From positions 1 to 54,626 of the IMG/VR virus record IMGVR_UViG_3300014155_000001: DNA of 54,626 bases, one strand, 5' to 3'. The position numbers were made by a program, and so were the translations under genes. This document shows positions 18,160 to 26,376 of this stretch, piece after piece. The notes under the pieces were generated by a model. The model was not told the DNA's origin. It saw only the letters and a list, made by a program, of their open reading frames with translations, and searched no databases. Each line of letters opens with the position of its first letter. Positions within the stretch are counted from its first letter, which is position 1. The stretch comes from a virus (taxonomy: Duplodnaviria > Caudoviricetes).

Positions 18160-19380
18160 ATGAAAGCCAAAAAAGAATGGCCTAAGACAGTGCGGGTTGG
18201 CAACGTTTCTGTTCAGGTCTATAAACGTTTAACAGGTTCGGGCAATGTCGGTTTCCGCATTGCTTTTTTGGACACTGACGGCAAGCGCAAGTTTGAATCG
18301 TGCAGTGATGAAACGCAAGTGATTACCCTCGCCACAAAAAAAGCTGAAATGCTATCAACGTTTGGCGCGCGTGTCGCTGGCACGTCGGGCGATCAAATTG
18401 CGGAGTTCGTCCGCCTCGGTGACGTGCTCAAACCGTTTGCTGTCTCGGTCGCTGCGGTCGTTACGCGCGCGGCAACTTGGTTGCAGCGTCACGGCACGCT
18501 TGACGCAATAGACTGCGCTTTGATTACCGGCCCGGCCTTGGCGGGTGTTGCAATCACGCCGCGCACGGTTCCCGCTGCGGTCGCGGAATTGCTCGCCCAA
18601 AAGCGCGCAAACAAAATGTCAGAAGCTTATTGCAGAGACATCGAATTCCGCCTGCAAAACAAATTTGCAAAGGCTTTTACCTGCAACGTGGACACCGTTG
18701 AAACGTCACAGTTGCAAGCGTGGCTTGACGCTCGCAACATGCCAGCGTCCACTTATCGCAATTTCGGGCGCTTGCTTAATACGCTGTTTGAATTCTGCAA
18801 ACGGCGGAATTACTGCACAAATAATCCGGCGGCAGACCTTGAAAAGCGGAAAGTCAACGGTGGCGATGTGGTGATTTATTCCCCGGACGAAATGCGGAAG
18901 CTGCTTGAAAAGTCTGACAACGGGTTTCAACTCATGCTGGCCGTGTGCGGTTTTGCCGGTATCCGCACGGCGGAATTTATGCGGCTTACTTGGGAAGATG
19001 TCTGTCATGTGCCGGGGCATATCGAAGTGCCGAAGGGCAAGGGCAAAAACAAAAATCGGCGGCGACTTGTGCCAATCTCACCGAACTTGGCCGCATGGAT
19101 TGCTCTCCACCCCGCTAGAAAAGGATTGCTCTGGCCAGATCAAAAGCGAGTTGATGACGTGCAAAGACGGTGCGGAAAACTGGCTGGCGTACCGTGGAAA
19201 AAAAATGCACTCCGCCATTCTTTTTGCACGTATAAAACGGCCCTGTCCGGCGACATTGCCCGGACATCCCTTGAAGCCGGCAACTCCGTTAAGATGATTG
19301 AGGAACATTACGACCGAGTGGTTACGCAGGAAGCCGCGCGGGAATGGTTTGCTATCATGCCACCGGCCAAGCCGGTTTAG
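18160..19380 (+). CDS. int: Tyrosine recombinase / integrase
   Basis: FAGIRTAE (R), KGKNK (K), NALRHSF and AGNS..MIEEHY (Y); start at MKAKKEW after TTGACT-N17-CAAATT. Confidence 0.95.
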   Translation: MKAKKEWPKTVRVGNVSVQVYKRLTGSGNVGFRIAFLDTDGKRKFESCSDETQVITLATKKAEMLSTFGARVAGTSGDQIAEFVRLGDVLKPFAVSVAAVVTRAATWLQRHGTLDAIDCALITGPALAGVAITPRTVPAAVAELLAQKRANKMSEAYCRDIEFRLQNKFAKAFTCNVDTVETSQLQAWLDARNMPASTYRNFGRLLNTLFEFCKRRNYCTNNPAADLEKRKVNGGDVVIYSPDEMRKLLEKSDNGFQLMLAVCGFAGIRTAEFMRLTWEDVCHVPGHIEVPKGKGKNKNRRRLVPISPNLAAWIALHPARKGLLWPDQKRVDDVQRRCGKLAGVPWKKNALRHSFCTYKTALSGDIARTSLEAGNSVKMIEEHYDRVVTQEAAREWFAIMPPAKPV

Positions 19381-19414
19381 CCGGGTGTCAGGACAGCGGA
19401 CACCCTCAAACAAA

Positions 19415-19446
19415 CGCGCCACAACGCAACGTGGCGCGCTTTTTTT
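19415..19446 (+). terminator. Rho-independent terminator after int
   Basis: CGCGCCAC/GTGGCGCG stem followed by T7. Confidence 0.85.
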
Positions 19447-19485
19447 GCGCTTGGATAGGTCGAATCAGCAATATCCGCCCGCCTC

Positions 19486-19557
19486 GCCCTGGACGTGTCC
19501 TGGACGATTTGCCCTGGTGAGCCTGCCTTGGTACAGTTGCGGTTTGGCTCGCCCTGG
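19486..19557 (+). repeat. Five GCCCTGG-like direct repeats
   Basis: Copies at 19486, 19497 (GTCCTGG), 19511, 19525 (GCCTTGG) and 19551. Confidence 0.55.
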
Positions 19558-19571
19558 GTGAACGTGTCAGC

Positions 19572-19892
19572 ATGGAATTAGACCCGGCCCGCAATGGGCA
19601 CACAGCACCGAACGTTGACACCGGCCAGCCTGCCCGGATTAAACAAACTATCCAAGCGGCCAAGCTGCAACGCCTAACCTTCGACGCCGCGCTTAGTCTG
19701 CGCGCGGCCTGTACTGTTGACGGTGTGTTCAACGTCACACGCGAGAACGCGGTGGCGCTGGCACAGCTTGTGCGCGCTTGGGACACCGCGCGCAATGCTC
19801 TGCGCGTCCTGCGCGGTCGTGGATTGCCGGCCTCGGTGAAGTCCCGCGCGGCTCGATCCTCGGCCCAGCCCCAGCCCCTCGAACCGGCCTAG
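19572..19892 (+). CDS. Hypothetical protein, candidate small terminase subunit
   Basis: 106 aa, helical, ends LRVLRGRGLPASV; AACGT element 6 nt upstream; function is inference only. Confidence 0.4.
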   Translation: MELDPARNGHTAPNVDTGQPARIKQTIQAAKLQRLTFDAALSLRAACTVDGVFNVTRENAVALAQLVRAWDTARNALRVLRGRGLPASVKSRAARSSAQPQPLEPA

Positions 19893-20116
19893 CTGTGCCA
19901 AGTGGGTGCCAAAGCTGGCCACTGCGCGCCTATCACCAATGAATACCGTGCTTTCGTCTGGTTTGGCAATCCACACTGGCCCAGCCCGGTCAGTGATGGC
20001 CGAAGGAATCTACTTGCCGGCCCGACCGTCCCGGCCCGGTGCCACCCGGTGCCCCGGCCACGGGCCGACCGAGTCCCGTGCGTATAGGTGGTAGTCAGAG
20101 AGAACAACGGTTCACA

Positions 20117-20428
20117 TCACCAGCGGCTCTTGGCAATACCGAGTTTGGACAAAGCGGACAAGTCCAGTAGATAAGATTCGCGTGGAACAATATGGTCTGC
20201 GATGAACGACATTTCGGATGCGCCGGATTCATGTTCCTCACGTTTATCTTTAATGTCACGCACCGGGTCACTACCGGAACTGCTTGCCGCGCCCTCAATT
20301 CGGGATTGTACCATAACAGATTCTTGTTGGGCATAAACCTTGGCTCGTGCCAAGTGATGTTTGGCACGTTTCAGGCATAGCTGACGGAGTTCGGTTCCTT
20401 TGATGGTTACTTTGAGTCCTTCAATCAT
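20117..20428 (-). CDS. Hypothetical protein
   Basis: 103 aa; last gene of the early minus-strand operon. Confidence 0.65.
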   Translation of the reverse strand: MIEGLKVTIKGTELRQLCLKRAKHHLARAKVYAQQESVMVQSRIEGAASSSGSDPVRDIKDKREEHESGASEMSFIADHIVPRESYLLDLSALSKLGIAKSRW

Positions 20429-20730
20429 AATGTTTTTTGTGTTGGTGGTTGTGGTGCTGGTTTCGTTACTGGAATTGGCAAGCGCCAGACACGCAATCCA
20501 GATGGATCGCCCGTTGGTGTTTTTTGTGTTTCGCTGGTGTATTTGCGGTCTTTCATTTTTTTCTTCACATAATGGTAGGCAGCAATGACGGCTTCGTGTG
20601 GGCGGACTTTGTTAAACAGGACGAGGAATGATTCTTCCGGCTGCAAGGCTTTCATGGTTTCTTCCATGTCAACACACAGGCCGGATTTATGGATAGGAAC
20701 GGGAAGGTTTTTATCAATGATGAATTTCAT
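20425..20730 (-). CDS. Small putative DNA-binding protein
   Basis: IDKNLPVP...L..EESF...GLRVWR pattern common in phage proteins. Confidence 0.65.
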   Translation of the reverse strand: MKFIIDKNLPVPIHKSGLCVDMEETMKALQPEESFLVLFNKVRPHEAVIAAYHYVKKKMKDRKYTSETQKTPTGDPSGLRVWRLPIPVTKPAPQPPTQKTL

Positions 20731-20930
20731 GGTGGTGGTGGGTTTGGTTTAGTTTTCTTCACAAAGGCTTTTACTATTTTCAGTATTTTTTCGAGTTTTG
20801 GTTTCAGTGTTCCCACATTTTGAAAGTCAGTTTCATCAAGGGAAACGACTGTTTTTTTAGGAATACCAGTTTTCGACAACACGATTTCGACCAAGTCTTG
20901 CCCCTTGAATGTTTGGATTCTGGTTTTCAT
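20727..20930 (-). CDS. Hypothetical protein
   Basis: Start placed at MKTRIQ; ATGA-coupled on both sides. Confidence 0.55.
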   Translation of the reverse strand: MKTRIQTFKGQDLVEIVLSKTGIPKKTVVSLDETDFQNVGTLKPKLEKILKIVKAFVKKTKPNPPPP

Positions 20931-21325
20931 TGTTCCTTCGGTTTGGCTGCGTAATCGGTTTCCCACGGGCCGGGTTCTTCCCCGCGCCAGGCGGTATAGG
21001 CGATGGCGGTGGACCCGTCCGGGATGGGGTTGCCGCAATGGTCACAGAATAGGCTGGACAGGTCGGTACGTTTTGAATGGGCCGGCTTGCCCTTGAAAAA
21101 ATCGCCATGTGTTTTGTAATCAATGACGGTAACGTGATGGTCGGCTGGTTTTTGGGCGATGATGGTCACTGTCCGTTGCTGCCAGCCCTGCAATACTTCG
21201 TCCGGTTCAAGTAGGCGGTTGGCAATTTTCTCGCAGGCTTCGCAATAGATTCGGCGGATGGCCATAGGTTCAATTCCGTTTTCTGACCAGGGCGGCGATG
21301 GCGAGGGAAAATTCGTTGGCGACAT
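20927..21325 (-). CDS. Hypothetical Zn-binding protein (start may be 21265)
   Basis: YCEAC...FCDHCG. Confidence 0.6.
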   Translation of the reverse strand: MSPTNFPSPSPPWSENGIEPMAIRRIYCEACEKIANRLLEPDEVLQGWQQRTVTIIAQKPADHHVTVIDYKTHGDFFKGKPAHSKRTDLSSLFCDHCGNPIPDGSTAIAYTAWRGEEPGPWETDYAAKPKEQ

Positions 21326-21590
21326 TTTCGGACGGACAGTTTTTGATTTGTTCCAAGTAACAGGAAATGCAAAGTTTTTTCAGCTTCGGATGATGGTTGT
21401 CGGCGAACCAGACGGGGCAGTTACAGTCACAGCAAACGCCCTCATAATTCTGGACGCCTTCAACCGGGTGGGTGGTACAGACCTGAAATTCGGTATTGGC
21501 CGGGATGGAATGGCCGGGGAAAACGGCCATTCCTTCACGGTTCAGGATTTCGGCCAGTTCCCGGATTTCCCTTTCCTGTTTTTCATCCAT
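21270..21590 (-). CDS. Hypothetical Zn-finger protein
   Basis: CCDCNC.VW...LCISC; ATG 6 nt after a TAAAAT -10 element. Confidence 0.65.
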   Translation of the reverse strand: MDEKQEREIRELAEILNREGMAVFPGHSIPANTEFQVCTTHPVEGVQNYEGVCCDCNCPVWFADNHHPKLKKLCISCYLEQIKNCPSENVANEFSLAIAALVRKRN

Positions 21591-21596
21591 GCCGGG

Positions 21597-21625
21597 ATTT
21601 TAGCCGTTCATGGTGGTGGTGTCCA
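21597..21625 (-). promoter_or_regulatory. Promoter TGGACA-N17-TAAAAT with CCACCACCATGA box, leaderless
   Basis: Near-consensus elements; box in the spacer. Confidence 0.65.
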
Positions 21626-21633
21626 CGCTAATT

Positions 21634-21991
21634 TGGTGCCCTCCCGTTAAGGAAGCCTGACGAGTTTCCAGTTGAAAAACGCAAAAACGTAACTTGTGTC
21701 AGGACATTCGCCGTCCATTAGGTTCCGGCGTTACATCCTTGCTCACTTGCAACTTGCGACCTTGATTATATTGAGCCTTGCAACCTTCGGTCTTGAACCG
21801 TGAGTCTTTATCGGTCAAACACGGCGTGAAGCCGGGTTTGCGGTTGATAATGGGAATTGAACCCACATATCCAGATTTCAAGTCTGGTGTCCTACCATTG
21901 GACTATATCATCACCATTGCTGGTGTTGGTTGACAGCTTGACGTTGCTGCCGACGTTGCATTTTGCTGGTTTTTATCTCTCACCGTAGGGC
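21634..21991 (-). ncRNA. Large structured ncRNA (~360 nt) with ACCA 3' end and embedded tRNA-like domain
   Basis: Nested long-range stems, 6-bp pseudoknot, GCAA tetraloop and CAAG repeats; begins 5 nt after the stop of the DIP1984-like gene. Confidence 0.75.
21842..21912 (-). tRNA. tRNA-like domain, anticodon UGA, short variable loop, no own CCA
   Basis: D-arm GTCC-AATGGTA-GGAC; anticodon arm CCAGA-CTTGAAA-TCTGG; T-arm GTGGG-TTCAATT-CCCAT; acceptor stem has an A2:A71 mismatch. Confidence 0.7.
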
Positions 21992-21995
21992 GAAA

Positions 21996-22523
21996 TTAAG
22001 GTATCAAATCGGTGGTGGCGTTGGCCACTTCCAAGGTGCGGTCAATGATAGACGGTTCGGAACGGAATAATTCGATTTTTTTGTCCCGTTCCAACGGGTC
22101 AAAACAGCGAATGAGTTTGACTTCAATGGGCTGGCCATTGGGCTGACTGGATGGTATCCGGCCTTCGCGCAAGCCCCGGTCGGTAAGCCCGGACCATGCG
22201 GCCAGTTCAAAACCGGCGAGATCACGGCGGCGGTGAATCCACTCGGCAATCGTTTTGGTGACAGGTTTGCCGTCCAGTTCAATGGTGACTTCCGTGTGCA
22301 GGTTGGTCCGCTGGATGGCCAGCCGCAATTCGAGGATTTTTTTGCAAATATCCCCGATGGATTGCAGCCATTCGGAAACCTGCGCCGGCTGGTCTTTGTA
22401 GAGGGGCGTTTCGTGGCTCAGATAGGCACAGTGGGTTTTGACCTTGTTGGTCAGGTCATCGCGTTTGACGGCCAGTTCCTTGATGAGTTTCATGGCCTCA
22501 ATAATTTTCATGGTAGTTTTCAT
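21996..22523 (-). CDS. DIP1984/DUF6847-like coiled-coil protein
   Basis: MKIIEA...AIQRTN..T.V...TIAEWI.RR..L...ID..L...NATT.L pattern. Confidence 0.7.
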   Translation of the reverse strand: MKTTMKIIEAMKLIKELAVKRDDLTNKVKTHCAYLSHETPLYKDQPAQVSEWLQSIGDICKKILELRLAIQRTNLHTEVTIELDGKPVTKTIAEWIHRRRDLAGFELAAWSGLTDRGLREGRIPSSQPNGQPIEVKLIRCFDPLERDKKIELFRSEPSIIDRTLEVANATTDLIP

Positions 22524-22559
22524 GGTGGTGATGGCAGTTTATTTGTTTTGCTGGTGGTG

Positions 22560-22856
22560 TCAACCTAATTTCAGTTTCAGCGCCGTGGCAATCCGTTCAT
22601 TGATGGCCGTCTGGCATTCCTGGATACGCTGTAACGAGTCTTTGGCCCCGGCGTCGAGCATTTTAGCGGGCAGGGCTTGGAAGGCGTTCAAAAGGCGTCC
22701 ATAGTAGCCGTAGAAAGCGCCCTTGTATTGGACTTCCCAATTCAGGCGGTCGGCACGGACGATACGCCAGTCGTCATCAATGACGATGGTTTGAGCGGCG
22801 AACTGCACGGCCTGGGCTTTTCTGGCGGCAATGCTTTTGCGCGAGGCGGTATTCAT
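22560..22856 (-). CDS. Hypothetical protein
   Basis: Start placed at MNTASR, coupled to the upstream stop. Confidence 0.6.
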   Translation of the reverse strand: MNTASRKSIAARKAQAVQFAAQTIVIDDDWRIVRADRLNWEVQYKGAFYGYYGRLLNAFQALPAKMLDAGAKDSLQRIQECQTAINERIATALKLKLG

Positions 22857-23125
22857 GTTTCTTTGGATGTCAAATGCCACAGGTTGCAATAGATGCAGCG
22901 ATAGGCGCTGAACTGGCGCGCCTGACAATTCGGTTTGGCCATCACGTCACAGGCGGCGAACATGGCGGCGTCATGGGATTTGTAACCCACCTTGCGAGTC
23001 CTGCCACAGCGGGACCGGCTGAGTTTGCGTTGATCCTTGAAACAATTCAGATTGCCCGCACCGATTTCGCCTTCTTCCAGGTCAATCCGGTTTTCAAACC
23101 ATCTTTTCGAGATTTTGATCTTCAT
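22853..23125 (-). CDS. Hypothetical Zn-finger protein
   Basis: C..KVGY...AYRCIYCNLWHLT. Confidence 0.65.
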   Translation of the reverse strand: MKIKISKRWFENRIDLEEGEIGAGNLNCFKDQRKLSRSRCGRTRKVGYKSHDAAMFAACDVMAKPNCQARQFSAYRCIYCNLWHLTSKET

Positions 23126-23133
23126 AACAAAAC

Positions 23134-23328
23134 ATTCTGCCGCACGCACCATTTCCGCACCTGCGCGCCGGCTTTTCAACCGGACAGCTTTGCAGCGGCA
23201 TGAAGCCACTGGCTGACCACTAACCCGGTTTGCGATGGTCATTCAACGGATTGCCGGGAGCGAGCCGGCAGCTAACGACATTGGTTTCGCTACAACCAAT
23301 GCCGGGCTGTTGCCGCGTGCGGCAGAAT
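23134..23328 (-). ncRNA. Multibranched structured RNA closed by a perfect 14-bp stem
   Basis: ATTCTGCCGCACGC/GCGTGCGGCAGAAT encloses five hairpins whose G-U pairs work on the minus strand. Confidence 0.6.
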
Positions 23329-23332
23329 AAAA

Positions 23333-23524
23333 TTATTTTCCGGGTGTTACTCTTGTCACGCCCTCGATGTTGATTAGTTCTTTGAGCACATACAAGCCGG
23401 CACGTTTTTTTACGCCGTGCGTTGTAGCGTCAAACGGCTGTTTCGTAACGCTCAGGTACTCATCGGATGTTCCTTCGTCCTCGATGGTGACGACCACTGT
23501 TTGTGGGAGTTTTTTTGTTTTCAT
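23333..23524 (-). CDS. Hypothetical protein
   Basis: MKTKKLPQ start, coupled to the vWA gene stop. Confidence 0.55.
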   Translation of the reverse strand: MKTKKLPQTVVVTIEDEGTSDEYLSVTKQPFDATTHGVKKRAGLYVLKELINIEGVTRVTPGK

Positions 23525-24219
23525 TTTGGATGTATTGAAGGTTGGGCTACTGGCGTTTCTTCCTCGGTGGTAGAACCCGGTCCCCACAAGTTTTGTGCTG
23601 AACAATTCACGTTCCCCGTGGAACAGGCATAAGCCACCGTTGCGCCCGCGAACCGTCCATAAGCCTTGCCGGTGTCGTGATAGGTCGTGCGCAATACGTT
23701 GCTGGCACCAACAGTGCCGGCAGCCATGACGGTGGTTGCCGCCCAGCCGGTGATGCCCATGCCGATGTAGGCAAATGTCCAGTGCGCCTCGTCCTCTTTC
23801 TTTTTGATAAGAACCTTGATGCTGTCGCTGTTCCATTCCTTGGACATATTTTCCTGCCCGTCAGTCAGGGTGACGAACAAAACTTTGTATTTGCCCGTGG
23901 CCTTAGCTTCGGTGGCGCGGATGGTTTTGCCAAGGGTAAACGCGCGCGGGGTGTAGGTTTCGGCTGTCAACAACCGCACGTCCTTGAGCGGGACGGCGTC
24001 GTGAATGATGTCAATGGCTTCGGAATCAAACTGCGTGAGGGTGAAACGCATGGTGCCGTCATCCTTGGCGCGCAGTTCTTTGATGTAGTGATTGAAACCC
24101 TTGATGGTTTCAGCCTTGCAGACTTCCATTGATCCCGTCCGGTCCAGCAGGAAGGCTACGAGGGTGGGTTTGTTGTCGGTTTGAACTTTGGTGGTTTTCT
24201 TTTTGGTGGTTTTTTTCAT
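23521..24219 (-). CDS. von Willebrand factor A (vWA) domain protein
   Basis: FLLDRTGSM (MIDAS-like), LTDGQEN and W.F.YIG motifs. Confidence 0.88.
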   Translation of the reverse strand: MKKTTKKKTTKVQTDNKPTLVAFLLDRTGSMEVCKAETIKGFNHYIKELRAKDDGTMRFTLTQFDSEAIDIIHDAVPLKDVRLLTAETYTPRAFTLGKTIRATEAKATGKYKVLFVTLTDGQENMSKEWNSDSIKVLIKKKEDEAHWTFAYIGMGITGWAATTVMAAGTVGASNVLRTTYHDTGKAYGRFAGATVAYACSTGNVNCSAQNLWGPGSTTEEETPVAQPSIHPK

Positions 24220-24235
24220 AACGGTGGTGGTGGGT

Positions 24236-24523
24236 TTACGTGCGTTTTGAGGCAACGGCTTCGGCCTGGGCATTGATGTTGTACAGGGTGGCTTTGAGTT
24301 GGCAGGTGTAGGATTCGGCACGGGCCGGGTTTAATTCTTTCAACCGGGCGGCTTGCCGGATCACCCGGCTGGCGTCCTTTTGAAGCTCTTTCAGTTCCTC
24401 GTAATTATACATGGTGGAAACAAGGACAATGTTTTCAATACGGCCCTCATATTCTCCCTGTCCGTTGCAATCCGGGCAGGTAATGGTGCCTTCACCACGG
24501 CATTCTTCGCATTGACATTTCAT
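24236..24523 (-). CDS. DnaJ-type Zn-finger protein
   Basis: CEECRGEG...CPDCNGQG. Confidence 0.7.
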   Translation of the reverse strand: MKCQCEECRGEGTITCPDCNGQGEYEGRIENIVLVSTMYNYEELKELQKDASRVIRQAARLKELNPARAESYTCQLKATLYNINAQAEAVASKRT

Positions 24524-24924
24524 GGTTGTGTTGGTGGTGGATTGGACAAAGACGGTCCAACCTTCATCGTGGTTTCGACCGCCAGTAAAAATTCCCGGAT
24601 GTCATGGACGATATGAACGGTGGTTTTGAGCTTGTTCACTTCCGTTATCCATCCTTGTTGTGCCATTGACAGTTTCTCGCCGGGACGCTTGCACTCGACC
24701 AGCATGAATCTGGTTTCGGGCAGATAGATGGCAAAATCCGGCACGCCAAGTTGGTTGCGGGTCGCTTTGTCCATCCGTGAATGAATGTATTTCCAGCGCG
24801 GCCATTGGGTATCGCAGTAGTCCATTATTTCGGCGTGCAGTTCTCTTTCCAACGGCGGGTCCGCATTGGGCCGGTTGAGCCGGGCCTGCATTTGCTCGAA
24901 TTGAAACCGGGTGATGTCGCTCAT
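24520..24924 (-). CDS. VRR-NUC (PD-(D/E)XK) nuclease
   Basis: E..LH...GVPDF...VECKR..EKLS..Q..W. Confidence 0.85.
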   Translation of the reverse strand: MSDITRFQFEQMQARLNRPNADPPLERELHAEIMDYCDTQWPRWKYIHSRMDKATRNQLGVPDFAIYLPETRFMLVECKRPGEKLSMAQQGWITEVNKLKTTVHIVHDIREFLLAVETTMKVGPSLSNPPPTQP

Positions 24925-25205
24925 AGCTTTTTTACAAACCGTTTGCACGCCGGCCAGTTGGCGCGGTGATCCGTGCCCGGCCCGTTGGTGTCCCCGCGCA
25001 GGAGGCACTTGAAATAGGTGTTGGCATACCCGCCTTTGCGCAGAAACAGCCGGCAGTTTTTGCAAACTTCCTTTTCCGGGCTGGGACCGTAAAGCCGGAC
25101 ACAAGGATTGGGGCATTCATGCTCATGTTGTTGCGCGTCCTTGAACCACGTCAATTGCGGGTCGTTTTCCGGTGGGTCATTTAGAACTTTGCCGGGATAT
25201 TTCAT
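24921..25205 (-). CDS. Hypothetical Cys-rich protein
   Basis: CKNC...YFKC..RG.T.GPGTDHR..WPAC. Confidence 0.65.
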   Translation of the reverse strand: MKYPGKVLNDPPENDPQLTWFKDAQQHEHECPNPCVRLYGPSPEKEVCKNCRLFLRKGGYANTYFKCLLRGDTNGPGTDHRANWPACKRFVKKL

Positions 25206-26011
25206 TTCAGGCGCGGGAAACCTTCACCCTCGTTGAGCCGGACCACGGACAGGCGGGTGCCGTTCAGATAGGAACGCAGCGATTTAATCAGCAGCGCCAG
25301 GACATGGCAGCGGTGCAGCCGGGAACTGCCGACCTTGCTGCGGATGATGCGTTCGCGGAAATCGCGGGCGGCGTCATCATGCGATTCGCCGTCGTAGATG
25401 TTTTGAATGAATTTGTCCACCAGTCCGGCTTCGGCTTTGGGACAATCGCGCTTGGCGATGTAGGCCACGGCAGCGGCCATGCTGGGAGCGACGATATGGA
25501 ACTTGCTGTTCAGGTGATAACAGGTGGAAACCAATGGCTGCAAAACGGCGTGCTGGCTTTCCGCAAATTCTATGCACAGGCTGCGCGTGCATTGAGCCGC
25601 CTCGCGGTTTTTCTCGCCGCTGGTACACAAGCCGTCCAGGTCGTACAAAACCACCCAGCGCGCGGCGGTGGCAACCTCCTTGCGGTAATCGCCGGACAGG
25701 ACATCGGCCACGGAACGTCTGTTGCCGGCGTCAATGACTTTGTAGAGTTCGTTATCGTCTGTATCCAGCAGCAGAAACGGCTGGGTGGTATTGGACCGGA
25801 CAACGGCGTGCAGGCGGTGCTGGCCATTGCCGATCCTGCCTTTGATTTTGACGAGACAATCCGGCGAGAGCCGCCAGTCGCCATTGGTCATTTCGTTGGC
25901 CAAGCGGTTGATGTAATTATCAACCAATGGGCGCTGGCCTTCAAACAGGCTGGCCAGAAGTTTTTTCGCTGTGGCGGGAGTGACGGTTATTTTTGATACG
26001 GTGGCATTCAT
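25202..26011 (-). CDS. ParB-like (DGQHR-type) protein
   Basis: TPA.A..LL...QRP...M..G.W...GNGQHRL.AV...ID.G..RS..D. Confidence 0.8.
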   Translation of the reverse strand: MNATVSKITVTPATAKKLLASLFEGQRPLVDNYINRLANEMTNGDWRLSPDCLVKIKGRIGNGQHRLHAVVRSNTTQPFLLLDTDDNELYKVIDAGNRRSVADVLSGDYRKEVATAARWVVLYDLDGLCTSGEKNREAAQCTRSLCIEFAESQHAVLQPLVSTCYHLNSKFHIVAPSMAAAVAYIAKRDCPKAEAGLVDKFIQNIYDGESHDDAARDFRERIIRSKVGSSRLHRCHVLALLIKSLRSYLNGTRLSVVRLNEGEGFPRLK

Positions 26012-26244
26012 GGTGTGGGTTCGGTTGGTTGCGGTGAATTTTCAGCGGACATTTTCAGTGCCTTGTCCATGCTCCGCATCATGCCGCGACAATGGGCGCG
26101 GAATATCTCCGTTGTGTGGTGCGGCGGCGTGTGCCGGTAGGCATTGGCCAGCAGCGCTGTGAGGATGGACAGTTCCGTTCGTTTGGTGGTGAAGTGGAAT
26201 CGTTCATGGCCGTGGCTGTTCAGTGTGATTTTTTCGACTTTCAT
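26008..26244 (-). CDS. Hypothetical protein
   Basis: Coupled ORF within the operon. Confidence 0.5.
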   Translation of the reverse strand: MKVEKITLNSHGHERFHFTTKRTELSILTALLANAYRHTPPHHTTEIFRAHCRGMMRSMDKALKMSAENSPQPTEPTP

Positions 26245-26376
26245 AGGTTTGGGGGTTCAGGTTAATCATCAGGAAAGCGCGGGTGTGGGCTTCGGCCTTG
26301 GCCACTTCACTGGCCAGAATTGCCTGTTTGATTTTTCGGCGGCTCGCCTTGGGTGAAAGTTTCCCGGTGCCAGTTT

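Noticed and set aside
21699-21881. 60-aa ORF inside the large RNA
   Set aside because: It has a TTG start inside the anticodon loop, no protein features, and the region is explained by RNA structure
21634-21991. tmRNA (similar length and ACCA end)
   Set aside because: There is no GGGG 5' end with G3-U70, no terminal T-arm and no tag reading frame ending in Ala-Ala
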